DNA of 64,000 bases. It comes from a virus. The DNA is taken from the IMG/VR virus record IMGVR_UViG_3300045988_179183. One strand, written 5' to 3'. Both the position numbers and the translations under genes were made by a program. The notes beneath the pieces are model-generated. The model saw only the letters and a program-made list of their open reading frames with translations. It ran no database searches and was not told the DNA's origin. Within the stretch, counting starts at the first letter, position 1, and the number at the start of each line of letters is the position of its first letter. Below, piece after piece: positions 8,876 to 17,161 of this stretch.

Positions 8876-9167
8876 AGAAGAAAAGCTTAAATTACAGGAG
8901 AAACTCGGTAAAAAAATCAAGCAGTATGAAACCTTGGTCGAGATGGTTCATGACCTCGGCATCGAAACCGCTGAACTTGATAATAGTAAGGAAACAGTCG
9001 CGCTCAGAAACGCATATAACGAACGAAAAAAAGAGATAGCCGGGATGCGTGCCCAGATTAAAACATTTGCTCTTCAAGCGAAAGCGATCAAGAATGAGAT
9101 CGATGAAATCCAAGAGATATTAATCGGCCCCCGTCGAAAAAATCGAAGAAAATCCGAGGAAAATTGA
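8856..9167 (+). CDS. Coiled-coil hypothetical protein
   Basis: Charged heptad-like sequence. Overlaps the previous gene by 20 nt. Confidence 0.5.
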   Translation: MKTNLTEEEKLKLQEKLGKKIKQYETLVEMVHDLGIETAELDNSKETVALRNAYNERKKEIAGMRAQIKTFALQAKAIKNEIDEIQEILIGPRRKNRRKSEEN

Positions 9168-9186
9168 TACACTTTGTGTATCTTTA
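9160..9186 (+). promoter_or_regulatory. Promoter-like -7 box with a perfect inverted repeat
   Basis: GATACACTTTGTGTATC (9166-9182) overlapping TATCTTTA (9179-9186). Weak -33. 43 nt upstream of ATG 9230. Confidence 0.45.
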
Positions 9187-9229
9187 CTGTTGAAAGAAAC
9201 TGAGTTATTAACTGAAATTTTAAAGGAAT

Positions 9230-9706
9230 ATGAGAACGAAAATTTTTCTATTATTAATCACGATCACCCTTGTTGGGTGTAACAATAAAATGAAAATCTC
9301 TCCGGGAACATACGAAGCGGTTGCCATGGGAGGTACCCACCCTGTTAAACAGGATAGTAGTTACAGTTACAAGGCGTCCTTCGCCAAGAGCACTATAAAA
9401 CTCATGGATCTTCCTAACGGAAGACAACGTGCGCTTCTTTCCACGACGCTTGATATCTCTGACGGTAACTGGCTTGAGGAGGGTTATTTCGACGGACACG
9501 GTAATTTCGTGATTGGCATCTTCAACAAGGAAACTCTTGAACAGAAAAATGACACTTGTTTTTACAAGGTGAAGAAAGGTTACCTTCTACTCGAAGATAA
9601 AAAGAAAGTACTCCTACTTTCCGATTTTAGTAGAAGATTTAACGAAAAGTTCAAACCGAGTGAGGCAGGTTATATCACTGTCTATTTGTTTAAGATAAAT
9701 CAATGA
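9230..9706 (+). CDS. Lipoprotein
   Basis: MRTKIFLLLITITLVGC: signal peptide plus lipobox-like LVGC. Confidence 0.6.
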   Translation: MRTKIFLLLITITLVGCNNKMKISPGTYEAVAMGGTHPVKQDSSYSYKASFAKSTIKLMDLPNGRQRALLSTTLDISDGNWLEEGYFDGHGNFVIGIFNKETLEQKNDTCFYKVKKGYLLLEDKKKVLLLSDFSRRFNEKFKPSEAGYITVYLFKINQ

Positions 9707-9710
9707 GATC

Positions 9711-9872
9711 ATGAGTCAAATAACAACAACAGGGTATTATGGTAGTGGCTGGTGGTGGTACTGCCCTTTAGGTGGCAAAATCACATCGGTGAGTAATGAA
9801 GGAAATTTGATAACAGTGAACCTGTGTATTTCAAATGTTTCGATGACGGGTAATGGACGAGTTTTTATTTAG
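9711..9872 (+). CDS. Small Trp/Gly-rich ORF (53 aa, below the ORF-track cutoff)
   Basis: My translation: MSQITTTGYYGSGWWWYCPLGGKITSV... Fills the gap between 9706 and 9889. Confidence 0.3.
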   Translation: MSQITTTGYYGSGWWWYCPLGGKITSVSNEGNLITVNLCISNVSMTGNGRVFI

Positions 9873-9888
9873 AAAAGGAGGATTAAAT

Positions 9889-10233
9889 ATGAAAGTTAAA
9901 GATTTAAGCATATCAACGAAAATTTATAGTGTTAACGAGGATGAGATAATATCAGTAAGTATTGATGCAATCAATAAAATAAATAATAAAATTAAAATAA
10001 CAATTGACGATTATTGTTATGATACAAATAAAGATGCGGAGGTAATTAAAACAATAAATGATAATTTATTCCTTAATTTTAATCAGGCGCAAGAAGAACA
10101 ATCAAGATTACGGAAGAAAATAATCGAATCTAGATTTGAGGACATGTCCAAAGCTATCACCAATTATAATGCTGCTGTATTGAAGTATTTTAACAAACCA
10201 TTATCAACATTAAAAGAATCATGTACAGATTAG
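9889..10233 (+). CDS. Hypothetical protein
   Basis: Track ORF 9853..10233 trimmed to ATG 9889, which is preceded by AAAGGAGGA (SD-like) about 7 nt upstream. Confidence 0.5.
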   Translation: MKVKDLSISTKIYSVNEDEIISVSIDAINKINNKIKITIDDYCYDTNKDAEVIKTINDNLFLNFNQAQEEQSRLRKKIIESRFEDMSKAITNYNAAVLKYFNKPLSTLKESCTD

Positions 10234-10568
10234 AAGACTTGAACCTCGGCGACAAGGTAACACTAGATGGTGGTGAAACAGGCATAGTGGCATGTATAAT
10301 GACCGACGATTACAAGGATGAACTAGACGTGTTTGGTAACATTGTTATTCGAAAATGTGTGTGTCCACACGGGATGAATCCATATTTATCCATTGAAATT
10401 GATAGTATTGTAAAAGTAGAAAAGAGCATGGAAAACTTAATCAGAAATTTGATTTCGGCTCTAAATGGAGAAGCCTATGAAGAAGCAAAGGCCATTACGG
10501 ATCAGATAATCGCCACCGGAGATGAAGAGTTAATTAAACAAGCAGAGTATATTAACTCTGTTTTGTAA
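10221..10568 (+). CDS. Hypothetical protein
   Basis: ORF in an operon-like tight array. No motif recognised. Confidence 0.5.
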   Translation: MYRLEDLNLGDKVTLDGGETGIVACIMTDDYKDELDVFGNIVIRKCVCPHGMNPYLSIEIDSIVKVEKSMENLIRNLISALNGEAYEEAKAITDQIIATGDEELIKQAEYINSVL

Positions 10569-10587
10569 GAAACTTAATTATAACATT

Positions 10588-10971
10588 ATGAAACCATTTG
10601 ATTTAGAATTAGCGAAACAAGGTAAATCTGTGTGTAACGGATACGGGATGGATGTTCGAATCCTTTGTTATGACTTGAAAGACGATAAATACCCGATTGC
10701 CGGAGCGATCACTGATCCAGAAACTAACAGAGAAACGTTACAGAAATACACCCTCGATGGTTACGTTATCGGTGATGGAGCTAACAATAACGGTGATCTA
10801 TTCATGAAGCCGGAGAAGAAAGAAGGGTGGATAAACGTGTTTATAAACGCTTCTTATTTCGGTTCTAAAACAGCCGGCACAATATACCCAACAAAAGAGG
10901 AGGCGTTAAAAGATGTTGATACAAAAAGTCCACATTATATCGACACTGTTAAAATAGAATGGGAGGAATGA
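10588..10971 (+). CDS. Hypothetical protein
   Basis: ORF in the array. No motif recognised. Confidence 0.5.
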   Translation: MKPFDLELAKQGKSVCNGYGMDVRILCYDLKDDKYPIAGAITDPETNRETLQKYTLDGYVIGDGANNNGDLFMKPEKKEGWINVFINASYFGSKTAGTIYPTKEEALKDVDTKSPHYIDTVKIEWEE

Positions 10972-10973
10972 TC

Positions 10974-11333
10974 ATGACACAGAAAGAATTTCAGGAAAAA
11001 CTAACCGAATTTCACTCTCAGTGCACTATTACATCAAACGGAAGACTTTACAGAGTGCCTGAATCACTGAAAAACGAGTTTTATCGCGTTTTGGACGAAA
11101 GATTACGGGATATCGAACGTAATTCTTCATGCCTGATTATTCGGGGTGGTAGAAAACCACTAAGACGCGTTCATATAATCAACGTTTCAGGTCTTTCGTT
11201 CACCGGCGTGTTCTTCGTGAAAGTCAAAGATGAGAGCGGTCTGGTAACCACATCCTCGACGTTTAACATCTGGGTGGATGATAAAACCCTTCTATCTGAT
11301 CTCATGAAATGGAAAGGTCCGGGAAAGAAATGA
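10974..11333 (+). CDS. Hypothetical protein
   Basis: Track ORF 10959..11333. ATG 10974 is preferred because GGAGGA lies 6 nt upstream. Confidence 0.45.
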   Translation: MTQKEFQEKLTEFHSQCTITSNGRLYRVPESLKNEFYRVLDERLRDIERNSSCLIIRGGRKPLRRVHIINVSGLSFTGVFFVKVKDESGLVTTSSTFNIWVDDKTLLSDLMKWKGPGKK

Positions 11334-11346
11334 TCAATCCCGGACC
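11316..11346. terminator. Hairpin at the convergent gene junction
   Basis: ggtccggga/tcccggacc 9-bp stem, 13-nt loop, between the plus-strand island and the minus-strand block. Confidence 0.4.
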
Positions 11347-11380
11347 CGAAACAAACAACTCACATAAAGACAAGAAGAGA

Positions 11381-11824
11381 TCATTTAAGTTTCTTCCACC
11401 ATCCGAATATCTCGTAATTATTCGATAAATTATCAGGTTCCCACCAAGTTTCCTCGATATAATTAGCCTGACGTTCGAATCCAACACGGAGATACGCGTC
11501 ATAACTTTTATACCCCTTGCACCTCCAATACAGGTACTCGATCCCGTAAATGATGTAATAAAGGATGAACGGGATGATGATAAGCGACAACATCCACCAT
11601 GATGTGACATCATAAAGAAAGCATGGAAGGAAAATGAGCACAGAGATTGCGAAGCCTAGCTGAACGATATCCCAGTACTGTTTTATATGGGTACCTTCGT
11701 GAGATATCGTTCTCCCACCCAACTTCTCCCGTTCGGTTATAACGACACCGAAAAACATCATCGTGGTAAAACCATCAAGAAAGGTGAGGATTTTCGCCAA
11801 TTTAGATTTGTAATAAATTTTCAT
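11381..11824 (-). CDS. Multi-pass membrane protein with an HExxH motif
   Basis: ISHEGTHIKQ (HExxH) plus several hydrophobic segments. Trimmed from a TTG at 11884 to ATG 11824. Confidence 0.45.
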   Translation of the reverse strand: MKIYYKSKLAKILTFLDGFTTMMFFGVVITEREKLGGRTISHEGTHIKQYWDIVQLGFAISVLIFLPCFLYDVTSWWMLSLIIIPFILYYIIYGIEYLYWRCKGYKSYDAYLRVGFERQANYIEETWWEPDNLSNNYEIFGWWKKLK

Positions 11825-11849
11825 AGATTCCGTTTTTAAAAATTCATAT

Positions 11850-12416
11850 TCACGATGGATCGACCCATGTGGGCTTTCCTCCAACTATTTTCAATATCTG
11901 ACCTTCGGTTCCATTATTAAAAGGTAACGTAGGGCCATATTGACCGTTATCTAACAAACATTTATCCCCGTCACCACTATGATCAAAAGATTGAGATGAT
12001 GATTTCACGGTAACCGCGTGTACACCGTTCTCGGACTCAACGGAAATATCATATTCTATCGATGTGAGGGTTAACGCGGTGCCAGTATCAAAGGTGTGAT
12101 CCGCACGGAGACTCAAAATATCTTCCGATACCTTTACATCATTAATGATTCGAAGATACGTGTTTGATCCTATCATAACGATGTTACGGGCGTTGATCGC
12201 GGCTAACAAACCATTGTATTGTTCATCGGTAACACTCTCCGTTTTCTCGTTAATAAAATCACAAAAGAAAACTTCGTTTTTTGAAATGTGGTCACGGAGT
12301 GTTTCGATATCAACCTTGTAATTATAAAAACCTTCCTGAACCACGAAATTCTCCCTCCCCGTGAAACTCTGCAGGGAGGGAAATTGACTTATTTTTATAC
12401 CGTTAATCTCTTCCAT
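11850..12416 (-). CDS. Tail fibre-like protein (short)
   Basis: N-terminal KISQFPSLQSFTGRENFVVQEGFYNYKVDIETL parallels the N-terminus of 13045..14439. C-terminal GTEGQILKIVGGKPTWV. Confidence 0.5.
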   Translation of the reverse strand: MEEINGIKISQFPSLQSFTGRENFVVQEGFYNYKVDIETLRDHISKNEVFFCDFINEKTESVTDEQYNGLLAAINARNIVMIGSNTYLRIINDVKVSEDILSLRADHTFDTGTALTLTSIEYDISVESENGVHAVTVKSSSQSFDHSGDGDKCLLDNGQYGPTLPFNNGTEGQILKIVGGKPTWVDPS

Positions 12417-12489
12417 GTTTATTTTTTAATTATATGTCTGACTGCAAAATTTTAGTGGCACTATTTTGCAGTACCACTGTTAAAAATTG

Positions 12490-12852
12490 TTAAACATAAG
12501 AAGCTAAGTCTCGTTTCACCCTCTCCTTTATAGAGACCACTTCACGAAGGTAGCCTTCGTACTCCTCAACGATACTCTCATCCGTTATGATACCTGCCTT
12601 GTAAGCGTTGTACTTGTTGATCATGGCGAACTCCTCGTCCGCAGTGTAAGTCTCTCGGATGACTGCTTCCACGCACTTCCCGTACCCTGGTTCCCCTTTA
12701 ACGGTAGTCTCCTTGCAAGACCATTGAACTGTAGGCTCCACGCCTTCTTCTCTCTCAACTGTTTCTTCTTGAATGTCCCAACGGTAAAGGTAGTTACCGT
12801 TTCCCACGGCCTCAAATACTGAAGGCTCATGATCGTAATAAGCATTTGTCAT
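12490..12852 (-). CDS. Hypothetical protein (tail block)
   Basis: ORF between the two fibre-like genes. Acidic. Confidence 0.5.
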   Translation of the reverse strand: MTNAYYDHEPSVFEAVGNGNYLYRWDIQEETVEREEGVEPTVQWSCKETTVKGEPGYGKCVEAVIRETYTADEEFAMINKYNAYKAGIITDESIVEEYEGYLREVVSIKERVKRDLASYV

Positions 12853-12863
12853 AAAACTGTGGT

Positions 12864-12998
12864 TTAATTATAGTTCTTAACAAGTTCCGTGAGTCGCTGT
12901 ACTTCACCCAGCCTAACCAACCGCATACTCCTGCTGTTTTCATCACGCTTGATGTTCAGGAAACTTAAACTTCCATCATCTTCTGTCACTTTATCCAT
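12864..12998 (-). CDS. Small ORF (44 aa, below the ORF-track cutoff)
   Basis: My translation: MDKVTEDDGSLSFLNIKRDENSRSMRLVRLGEVQRLTELVKNYN. Fills an intergenic gap. Confidence 0.3.
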   Translation of the reverse strand: MDKVTEDDGSLSFLNIKRDENSRSMRLVRLGEVQRLTELVKNYN

Positions 12999-13044
12999 CT
13001 TTTTAGTACTTTAAGTTTAACGTGTTATTCGTGCGTGTAGGCGT

Positions 13045-14439
13045 TTATTCGGGTATAAAGCAAAGCCGAGAGCTTGTTCTCGAACTCCCCTGCGCGGGGT
13101 TGAAAACCGAGGAAGAGTAAACGAGACCCGCAGAACCCCCGTCTTTTACGTCCCCACTGCACAAGACACCATTTAGCTGTTCTATTGTCAGTATATCGGT
13201 GTAATGATAATCACAGAAATAAGTAGTTGATCCTCCACCAACCGTTTCAGCCATTATTTCTCCACCTTCACCGAACAAGACAGACTTAACAAACCCACTG
13301 ATTCTCCCCTCGTTGCCTATGTACCTATACCCTTCACAGTTAGAGTCGTTAAACAGACTAGGATCGTCTGTCACGAACACTTTACTGAGGTTATCACCTC
13401 CTTTCTCCTCAGTAGGAGAGATTCTAACATTAACCCCGTCCGTCCATGTCGAAGTATGACCGAAAGGATTCTCCACTCCCCTGTACCGAGGCACTTGCAC
13501 AGTCTTTTGAACTTCTCCCGTCTCGTTCATCATGTTGTAGTTCACGTACCCTGTCTTGTTACCTAACGAATCAGTATGACCGCAAGGCACGAAAGGGTAG
13601 TAACCGTTGTAGTTATTCCACTCATCTTGACTGAGTGTTGTCACCCCGAGACCGAGTCCGCCTTGAGCGAAACCGTTAGAATCTTTCTCTGAGTTGAAGG
13701 TCGCCTGAGAGTTCAAGTTAGCGTACTCGATTGCGAACAACCAGAAGAGGTCTTTCTGAATGTCGTAAGTCATGCAGTTCCACTCATTGGAGCCTTCTTT
13801 CCTCTTCCTTGCGTAGGTACGGAAATTGGTACGTGAAATGGCAGTTGCAGGTCTTCCAAGTACAGAGCGGTATGTGTTGTCCCAAACAGCTTGATTATTT
13901 CCACCCCTGTAATCAGGGTCCTCGTTCACTACGGAGCAAAGAGTAGTAGTAGACCTTTGCACGGACGCTTCATAGGCGGAAACGTACTTCTTCTTCACGA
14001 GGTGATACCCGGGGAGTGCCATCTCGGAGATTCTCACCCGCCTCTTCGTACCTTCCGTCTCAAACTTGCGGTAATAAGAAGGTATTTCTACCATGACCTG
14101 ACCTTGAGAACCGTCCCTAGTCTCGTTCACCCAAGTGCTAGGGTCTAGGTACTTCTGTACCGTCCCACCATCGGAAAGTAGACATCCCTTCATCTTCGAG
14201 TGGATCGGTAAAGACCTGTGATAGTTGAAGTTACCGATCCTAGTACACTGAGGTGAAGACACCGTGGTATCGTACTCTATACCGTAACTCAGTTGGTCTT
14301 CCATCTGAGAAACTTTGTTGAGGAGAGTCTCCACGGTGACCCCGTAGTTGTCACCTCCTTTTGCGACTACCAATTTCTCGTCACCAGAAAGAGTGTCTAA
14401 CACGTCTAACTGGCTTATTTTCTTTCCTGCCATAATCAA
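13045..14439 (-). CDS. Tail fibre / receptor-binding protein
   Basis: N-terminal KISQLDVLDTLSGDEKLVVAKGGDNYGVTVETL is a typical fibre/spike N-terminus. 464 aa, in the tail/lysis block. Confidence 0.6.
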   Translation of the reverse strand: MIMAGKKISQLDVLDTLSGDEKLVVAKGGDNYGVTVETLLNKVSQMEDQLSYGIEYDTTVSSPQCTRIGNFNYHRSLPIHSKMKGCLLSDGGTVQKYLDPSTWVNETRDGSQGQVMVEIPSYYRKFETEGTKRRVRISEMALPGYHLVKKKYVSAYEASVQRSTTTLCSVVNEDPDYRGGNNQAVWDNTYRSVLGRPATAISRTNFRTYARKRKEGSNEWNCMTYDIQKDLFWLFAIEYANLNSQATFNSEKDSNGFAQGGLGLGVTTLSQDEWNNYNGYYPFVPCGHTDSLGNKTGYVNYNMMNETGEVQKTVQVPRYRGVENPFGHTSTWTDGVNVRISPTEEKGGDNLSKVFVTDDPSLFNDSNCEGYRYIGNEGRISGFVKSVLFGEGGEIMAETVGGGSTTYFCDYHYTDILTIEQLNGVLCSGDVKDGGSAGLVYSSSVFNPAQGSSRTSSRLCFIPE

Positions 14440-14591
14440 TCTTGTTTTTCAAGTAAAATCACCTCGTCATCTTCCAATAACAAATCCTCGCTGTCTTCCA
14501 ATAGAAGGACTTGTTCATCTCCCGGCTCCGGGGCTCCGTTACCTCGGTTCACTCGGAGACCGATTCCGAATCCAATTCCGATTGATGTCAT
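14436..14591 (-). CDS. Small acidic protein (51 aa)
   Basis: Track ORF 14436..14711 trimmed to the internal ATG 14591 (ATGA overlap with the stop of 14588..14890). Ends LLLEDSEDLLLEDDEVILLEKQD. Confidence 0.35.
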   Translation of the reverse strand: MTSIGIGFGIGLRVNRGNGAPEPGDEQVLLLEDSEDLLLEDDEVILLEKQD

Positions 14592-14890
14592 AATCCAATT
14601 ATTATATCGGATGTCGCGACAACTTTCCTTACCTGAATAGGGAGGAAAGAGCCGATGTTCGCCGAAATCAAAGCGGCCGGCAAAACAACATCCTCGTTTT
14701 GGTTCAGGCATCTCACCGTTAACGTACCCTCACTCAAAGGACAGATATAAAAATAAGGCAGGTCCACGTCTTTCGCCTCAACAGTTCCGTTTACCGTTTT
14801 CAGGTACGATACAGCAAATGAATGTACCCCCCCTACCACGCTGACATTTCCAGACCGTGGCACGCTTTTATCCAAGTTTTTCATCTCCAA
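14588..14890 (-). CDS. Hypothetical protein
   Basis: ORF in a tight array. No motif recognised. Confidence 0.5.
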   Translation of the reverse strand: MEMKNLDKSVPRSGNVSVVGGVHSFAVSYLKTVNGTVEAKDVDLPYFYICPLSEGTLTVRCLNQNEDVVLPAALISANIGSFLPIQVRKVVATSDIIIGL

Positions 14891-15053
14891 AAATTTCCTT
14901 TATTAAAACACTAATCGTATCCGGGTTCACTTTCTCGTTCTCCCAGTATTCAATGACTTCCTCTTTAGTCCAGCCATTTCGCTCGAATTCCGCCTTCATG
15001 TAAGCGGCATCCATCTGTTCACCGTCTTTCGGTAATGTGAAAGGTTTCGCCAT
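14868..15053 (-). CDS. Hypothetical protein
   Basis: ORF following the holin-like gene. Confidence 0.45.
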   Translation of the reverse strand: MAKPFTLPKDGEQMDAAYMKAEFERNGWTKEEVIEYWENEKVNPDTISVLIKEIFGDEKLG

Positions 15054-15054
15054 A

Positions 15055-15270
15055 TCATCTAATCCAATGTTGGAAAATGGTTAGAACGAACCCTCCACCG
15101 AAACCGATGGTGTTATAGAGGTCAAACCGTTTCGCGTAAAGCATGTCGCAAACCCACATGATAACGGTCGCAACCAGTCCGGTGAAAGTTCCCAGGAAGG
15201 AACAGATCATGAAGGTGATCAGCATACAGAGAAAACCTTCACTTTTTAAGAAATCGATAATATACGTCAT
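15055..15270 (-). CDS. Holin-like small membrane protein
   Basis: 71 aa with two hydrophobic segments. A 4-nt overlap places it directly downstream of the endolysin. Confidence 0.5.
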   Translation of the reverse strand: MTYIIDFLKSEGFLCMLITFMICSFLGTFTGLVATVIMWVCDMLYAKRFDLYNTIGFGGGFVLTIFQHWIR

Positions 15271-15743
15271 TTCACAAATCTTTTATAGTTAGCCTTATAT
15301 TCCTCTTCGGTTCCCTTTCCGAGAACCGTGTTATAATACTTTTTCCAATACGCTGCCTGCCCGTCAAGACTGGCGGGGATCGAAGCCGGTTTTCTCAAGT
15401 AATGAACCCTCGCCATACAGATGGCAAGACGATCATTATTCTCAAGATCCTTCGCGTTGAATTCTCTCACACCCGCTATCTCGAGAATCTTCTCTTTCAA
15501 GGGGATTCTGTTATTGAGATAATTCGCGACAATATCATTGAACGTGGCGGGTTCCATCTGAAAGATTCCCAGCGCGGGGCCACCACCTATCTGTTTCCTG
15601 TACTTACCGAGATGACTTTCTTGCGCGCAAGTACCCATCAACAACTCGATGGCCTCCTCTCGGTTCACGGTCGGATAGTTCGGTAAAGATGCAATCTTCC
15701 CTAACGTGTCAGTTATAATCTCTCTTAATTCATTCGAATTCAT
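15267..15743 (-). CDS. Endolysin, lytic transglycosylase (SLT-like)
   Basis: GTCAQESHLGKYRKQIGGGPALGIFQMEP matches the SLT catalytic E-S ... G(L/I)(M/F)Q pattern. Confidence 0.75.
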   Translation of the reverse strand: MNSNELREIITDTLGKIASLPNYPTVNREEAIELLMGTCAQESHLGKYRKQIGGGPALGIFQMEPATFNDIVANYLNNRIPLKEKILEIAGVREFNAKDLENNDRLAICMARVHYLRKPASIPASLDGQAAYWKKYYNTVLGKGTEEEYKANYKRFVK

Positions 15744-15794
15744 GTTCCATGTTTTTATTAATTCACGGGAAAGTTAAGTATAAACTTTCAATTA

Positions 15795-15827
15795 TCAAAT
15801 AAAAAGTGAACCTTTTGAGGGTTCACT
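15795..15827 (-). terminator. Rho-independent terminator
   Basis: agtgaacc/ggttcact 8-bp stem (15805-15812 / 15820-15827), followed on the minus strand by TTTTTATTT. Confidence 0.6.
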
Positions 15828-15929
15828 TTGAAAGAACTGAAGTTAAAAGCCTTTTGGGTGGGGGATTGAAAAAGTGTTGAGGAAATGTGTGGAATACCCA
15901 CCCGCAAATATATGAACGCAAATTTTAAT
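15795..15929 (-). ncRNA. Candidate short transcript / leader between promoter 15936-15966 and terminator 15795-15827
   Basis: A good promoter is followed about 100 nt later by a terminator, with an internal GGGUGGG...CCCACCC stem. No ORF. Confidence 0.3.
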
Positions 15930-15935
15930 ACACCG

Positions 15936-15966
15936 TAAAGATATTGAAAATCGGGGTTAAATCAAA
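15936..15966 (-). promoter_or_regulatory. Promoter (-33 TTTG / -7 TATCTTTA)
   Basis: Minus-strand reading: TTTG-N19-TATCTTTA. 192 nt upstream of the endolysin ATG, with a terminator in between. Confidence 0.55.
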
Positions 15967-16164
15967 ATAAAAAGGGAAGATTTTTCCTCCCTTTCATGCT
16001 AACTGATTCACATCAGGTCACACCTTTTTATCATGAATACTGAAAACCAACTCTTTGACGTCGTAAAGATAAGAGTTTTATATCAAACAAACACGGGTTC
16101 TCACCTCCTAGCGTAGAATTCGACCCCTCAAAATGATATTTTCCATGATATTATATTTTAATAC

Positions 16165-16209
16165 CATGATTAACATAAACGGGCGAAAAGAAATAAATCC
16201 CGCCCGTTT
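16165..16209 (-). terminator. Hairpin terminator candidate after 16246..16671
   Basis: aaacgggcg/cgcccgttt 9-bp stem (16177-16185 / 16201-16209), then TTTATGTT on the minus strand. Confidence 0.45.
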
Positions 16210-16245
16210 ACGTTGTAATTTTCAATTATCAGAAAGATATCACTC

Positions 16246-16671
16246 TCACTCTTTGTATTCAAGAACCTCTCGGATAGGTGATTCTTTGACCATGATTATA
16301 TCCCAATCAAGAACACATTCCTTCCACTCCTCCTGTATGATCGAAATGGCGCCATCAGGGTTCTGGCTCCCAACGAGATAGTAGCGTTTGTAATTCTTCC
16401 TCTTCCCGCTATCGATCTCCTCGGAATACACAACGGTTACGTTGAAGAATTTCACCTCATCACTATCGGCATCACTTTTGATGACCTCGTTAACTTTCGA
16501 ACGTGCGATAGAAATGACCCCGTAATCACTGGCATACACCTTCGCATGTTCAATTATCCGGGCTTCCGCCTCCGTGAAGGACATCGAGTCGATGAGAAAA
16601 GTGCGGGTAACACACTTTTCCTTGCCGATCTCATCCACCTCCAATGTCTTGATTTTAACTTCGTAATACAT
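16246..16671 (-). CDS. Hypothetical protein
   Basis: 141-aa ORF. No motif recognised. Confidence 0.5.
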   Translation of the reverse strand: MYYEVKIKTLEVDEIGKEKCVTRTFLIDSMSFTEAEARIIEHAKVYASDYGVISIARSKVNEVIKSDADSDEVKFFNVTVVYSEEIDSGKRKNYKRYYLVGSQNPDGAISIIQEEWKECVLDWDIIMVKESPIREVLEYKE

Positions 16672-16679
16672 AATCCGGG

Positions 16680-16985
16680 TTATTTTTTAGGTTTCATACC
16701 CTCTCTTTTCTCTTCCTCCTTGACATCAATGCCGTACTTCTCAGCATCTTTTTTCGTTTCATCGATCTCCTCCTCGAGGGGTGTCTGTTTCAATTGTTGT
16801 TCCAATACCGTGTTAATGATCACATCCTTGAACTGGGCGAAATTGAACTGAGATTCAAGCACCGCCCTCTTCTCCGTTACAACTTGGTTGATGATCATGT
16901 TTTTAGCGAACTCGAATCCCAGGCCGATATAATTCTCGTTACCCTGCAATTCAGCTTTTAAGCGATCTAACTCTGCTTTTTTCAT
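16680..16985 (-). CDS. Hypothetical coiled-coil protein
   Basis: 101-aa charged helical ORF. Confidence 0.5.
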   Translation of the reverse strand: MKKAELDRLKAELQGNENYIGLGFEFAKNMIINQVVTEKRAVLESQFNFAQFKDVIINTVLEQQLKQTPLEEEIDETKKDAEKYGIDVKEEEKREGMKPKK

Positions 16986-17005
16986 AATTCTCTTTGTTTT
17001 ATGTG

Positions 17006-17161
17006 TTAATTATTAAGTTCATCTTCGTGAACCTTTGAAATACTGTTCTCATCTTTTCCCACCGTTGAAGGTGGGCGGTTATTCTCATCGACGATACCCT
17101 GGCCTTCGCATAAAGGACATTCATCATCGTTACCACCGCATCGCGGACATGTTTTATACAT
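17006..17161 (-). CDS. Small zinc-ribbon protein (51 aa, below the ORF-track cutoff)
   Basis: My translation: MYKTCPRCGGNDDECPLCEGQGIVDE... (CxxCxG ... CxxCxGxG). Start overlaps the stop of 17154..17759. Confidence 0.45.
   Translation of the reverse strand: MYKTCPRCGGNDDECPLCEGQGIVDENNRPPSTVGKDENSISKVHEDELNN

Noticed and set aside
12442-12471. Hairpin ctgcaaaat/attttgcag as a terminator between tail genes
   Set aside because: The stem is real (9 bp), but there is no U-tract on either strand and the stem is AT-rich. I did not list it as a feature.
14436-14711. Full-length 91-aa version of this ORF
   Set aside because: Its first 40 codons overlap 14588..14890 out of frame. The internal ATG at 14591 forms an ATGA junction with the upstream stop, so only the 51-aa version is kept, at low confidence.
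15744-16245. tRNA or other structured RNA gene in the 500-bp gap (also checked 21753-22239 and 22780-22968)
   Set aside because: I found no cloverleaf-compatible arms or T-loop (GTTCGAATC-like) box on either strand. Only simple hairpins, promoter boxes and terminators are present. A tRNAscan/Infernal run would be needed to exclude this fully.
16133-16381. 82-aa plus-strand ORF partly in the intergenic gap
   Set aside because: It overlaps the 3' end of 16246..16671 on the other strand, has low-complexity composition, has no promoter box in the plus orientation, and runs across a minus-strand terminator hairpin.
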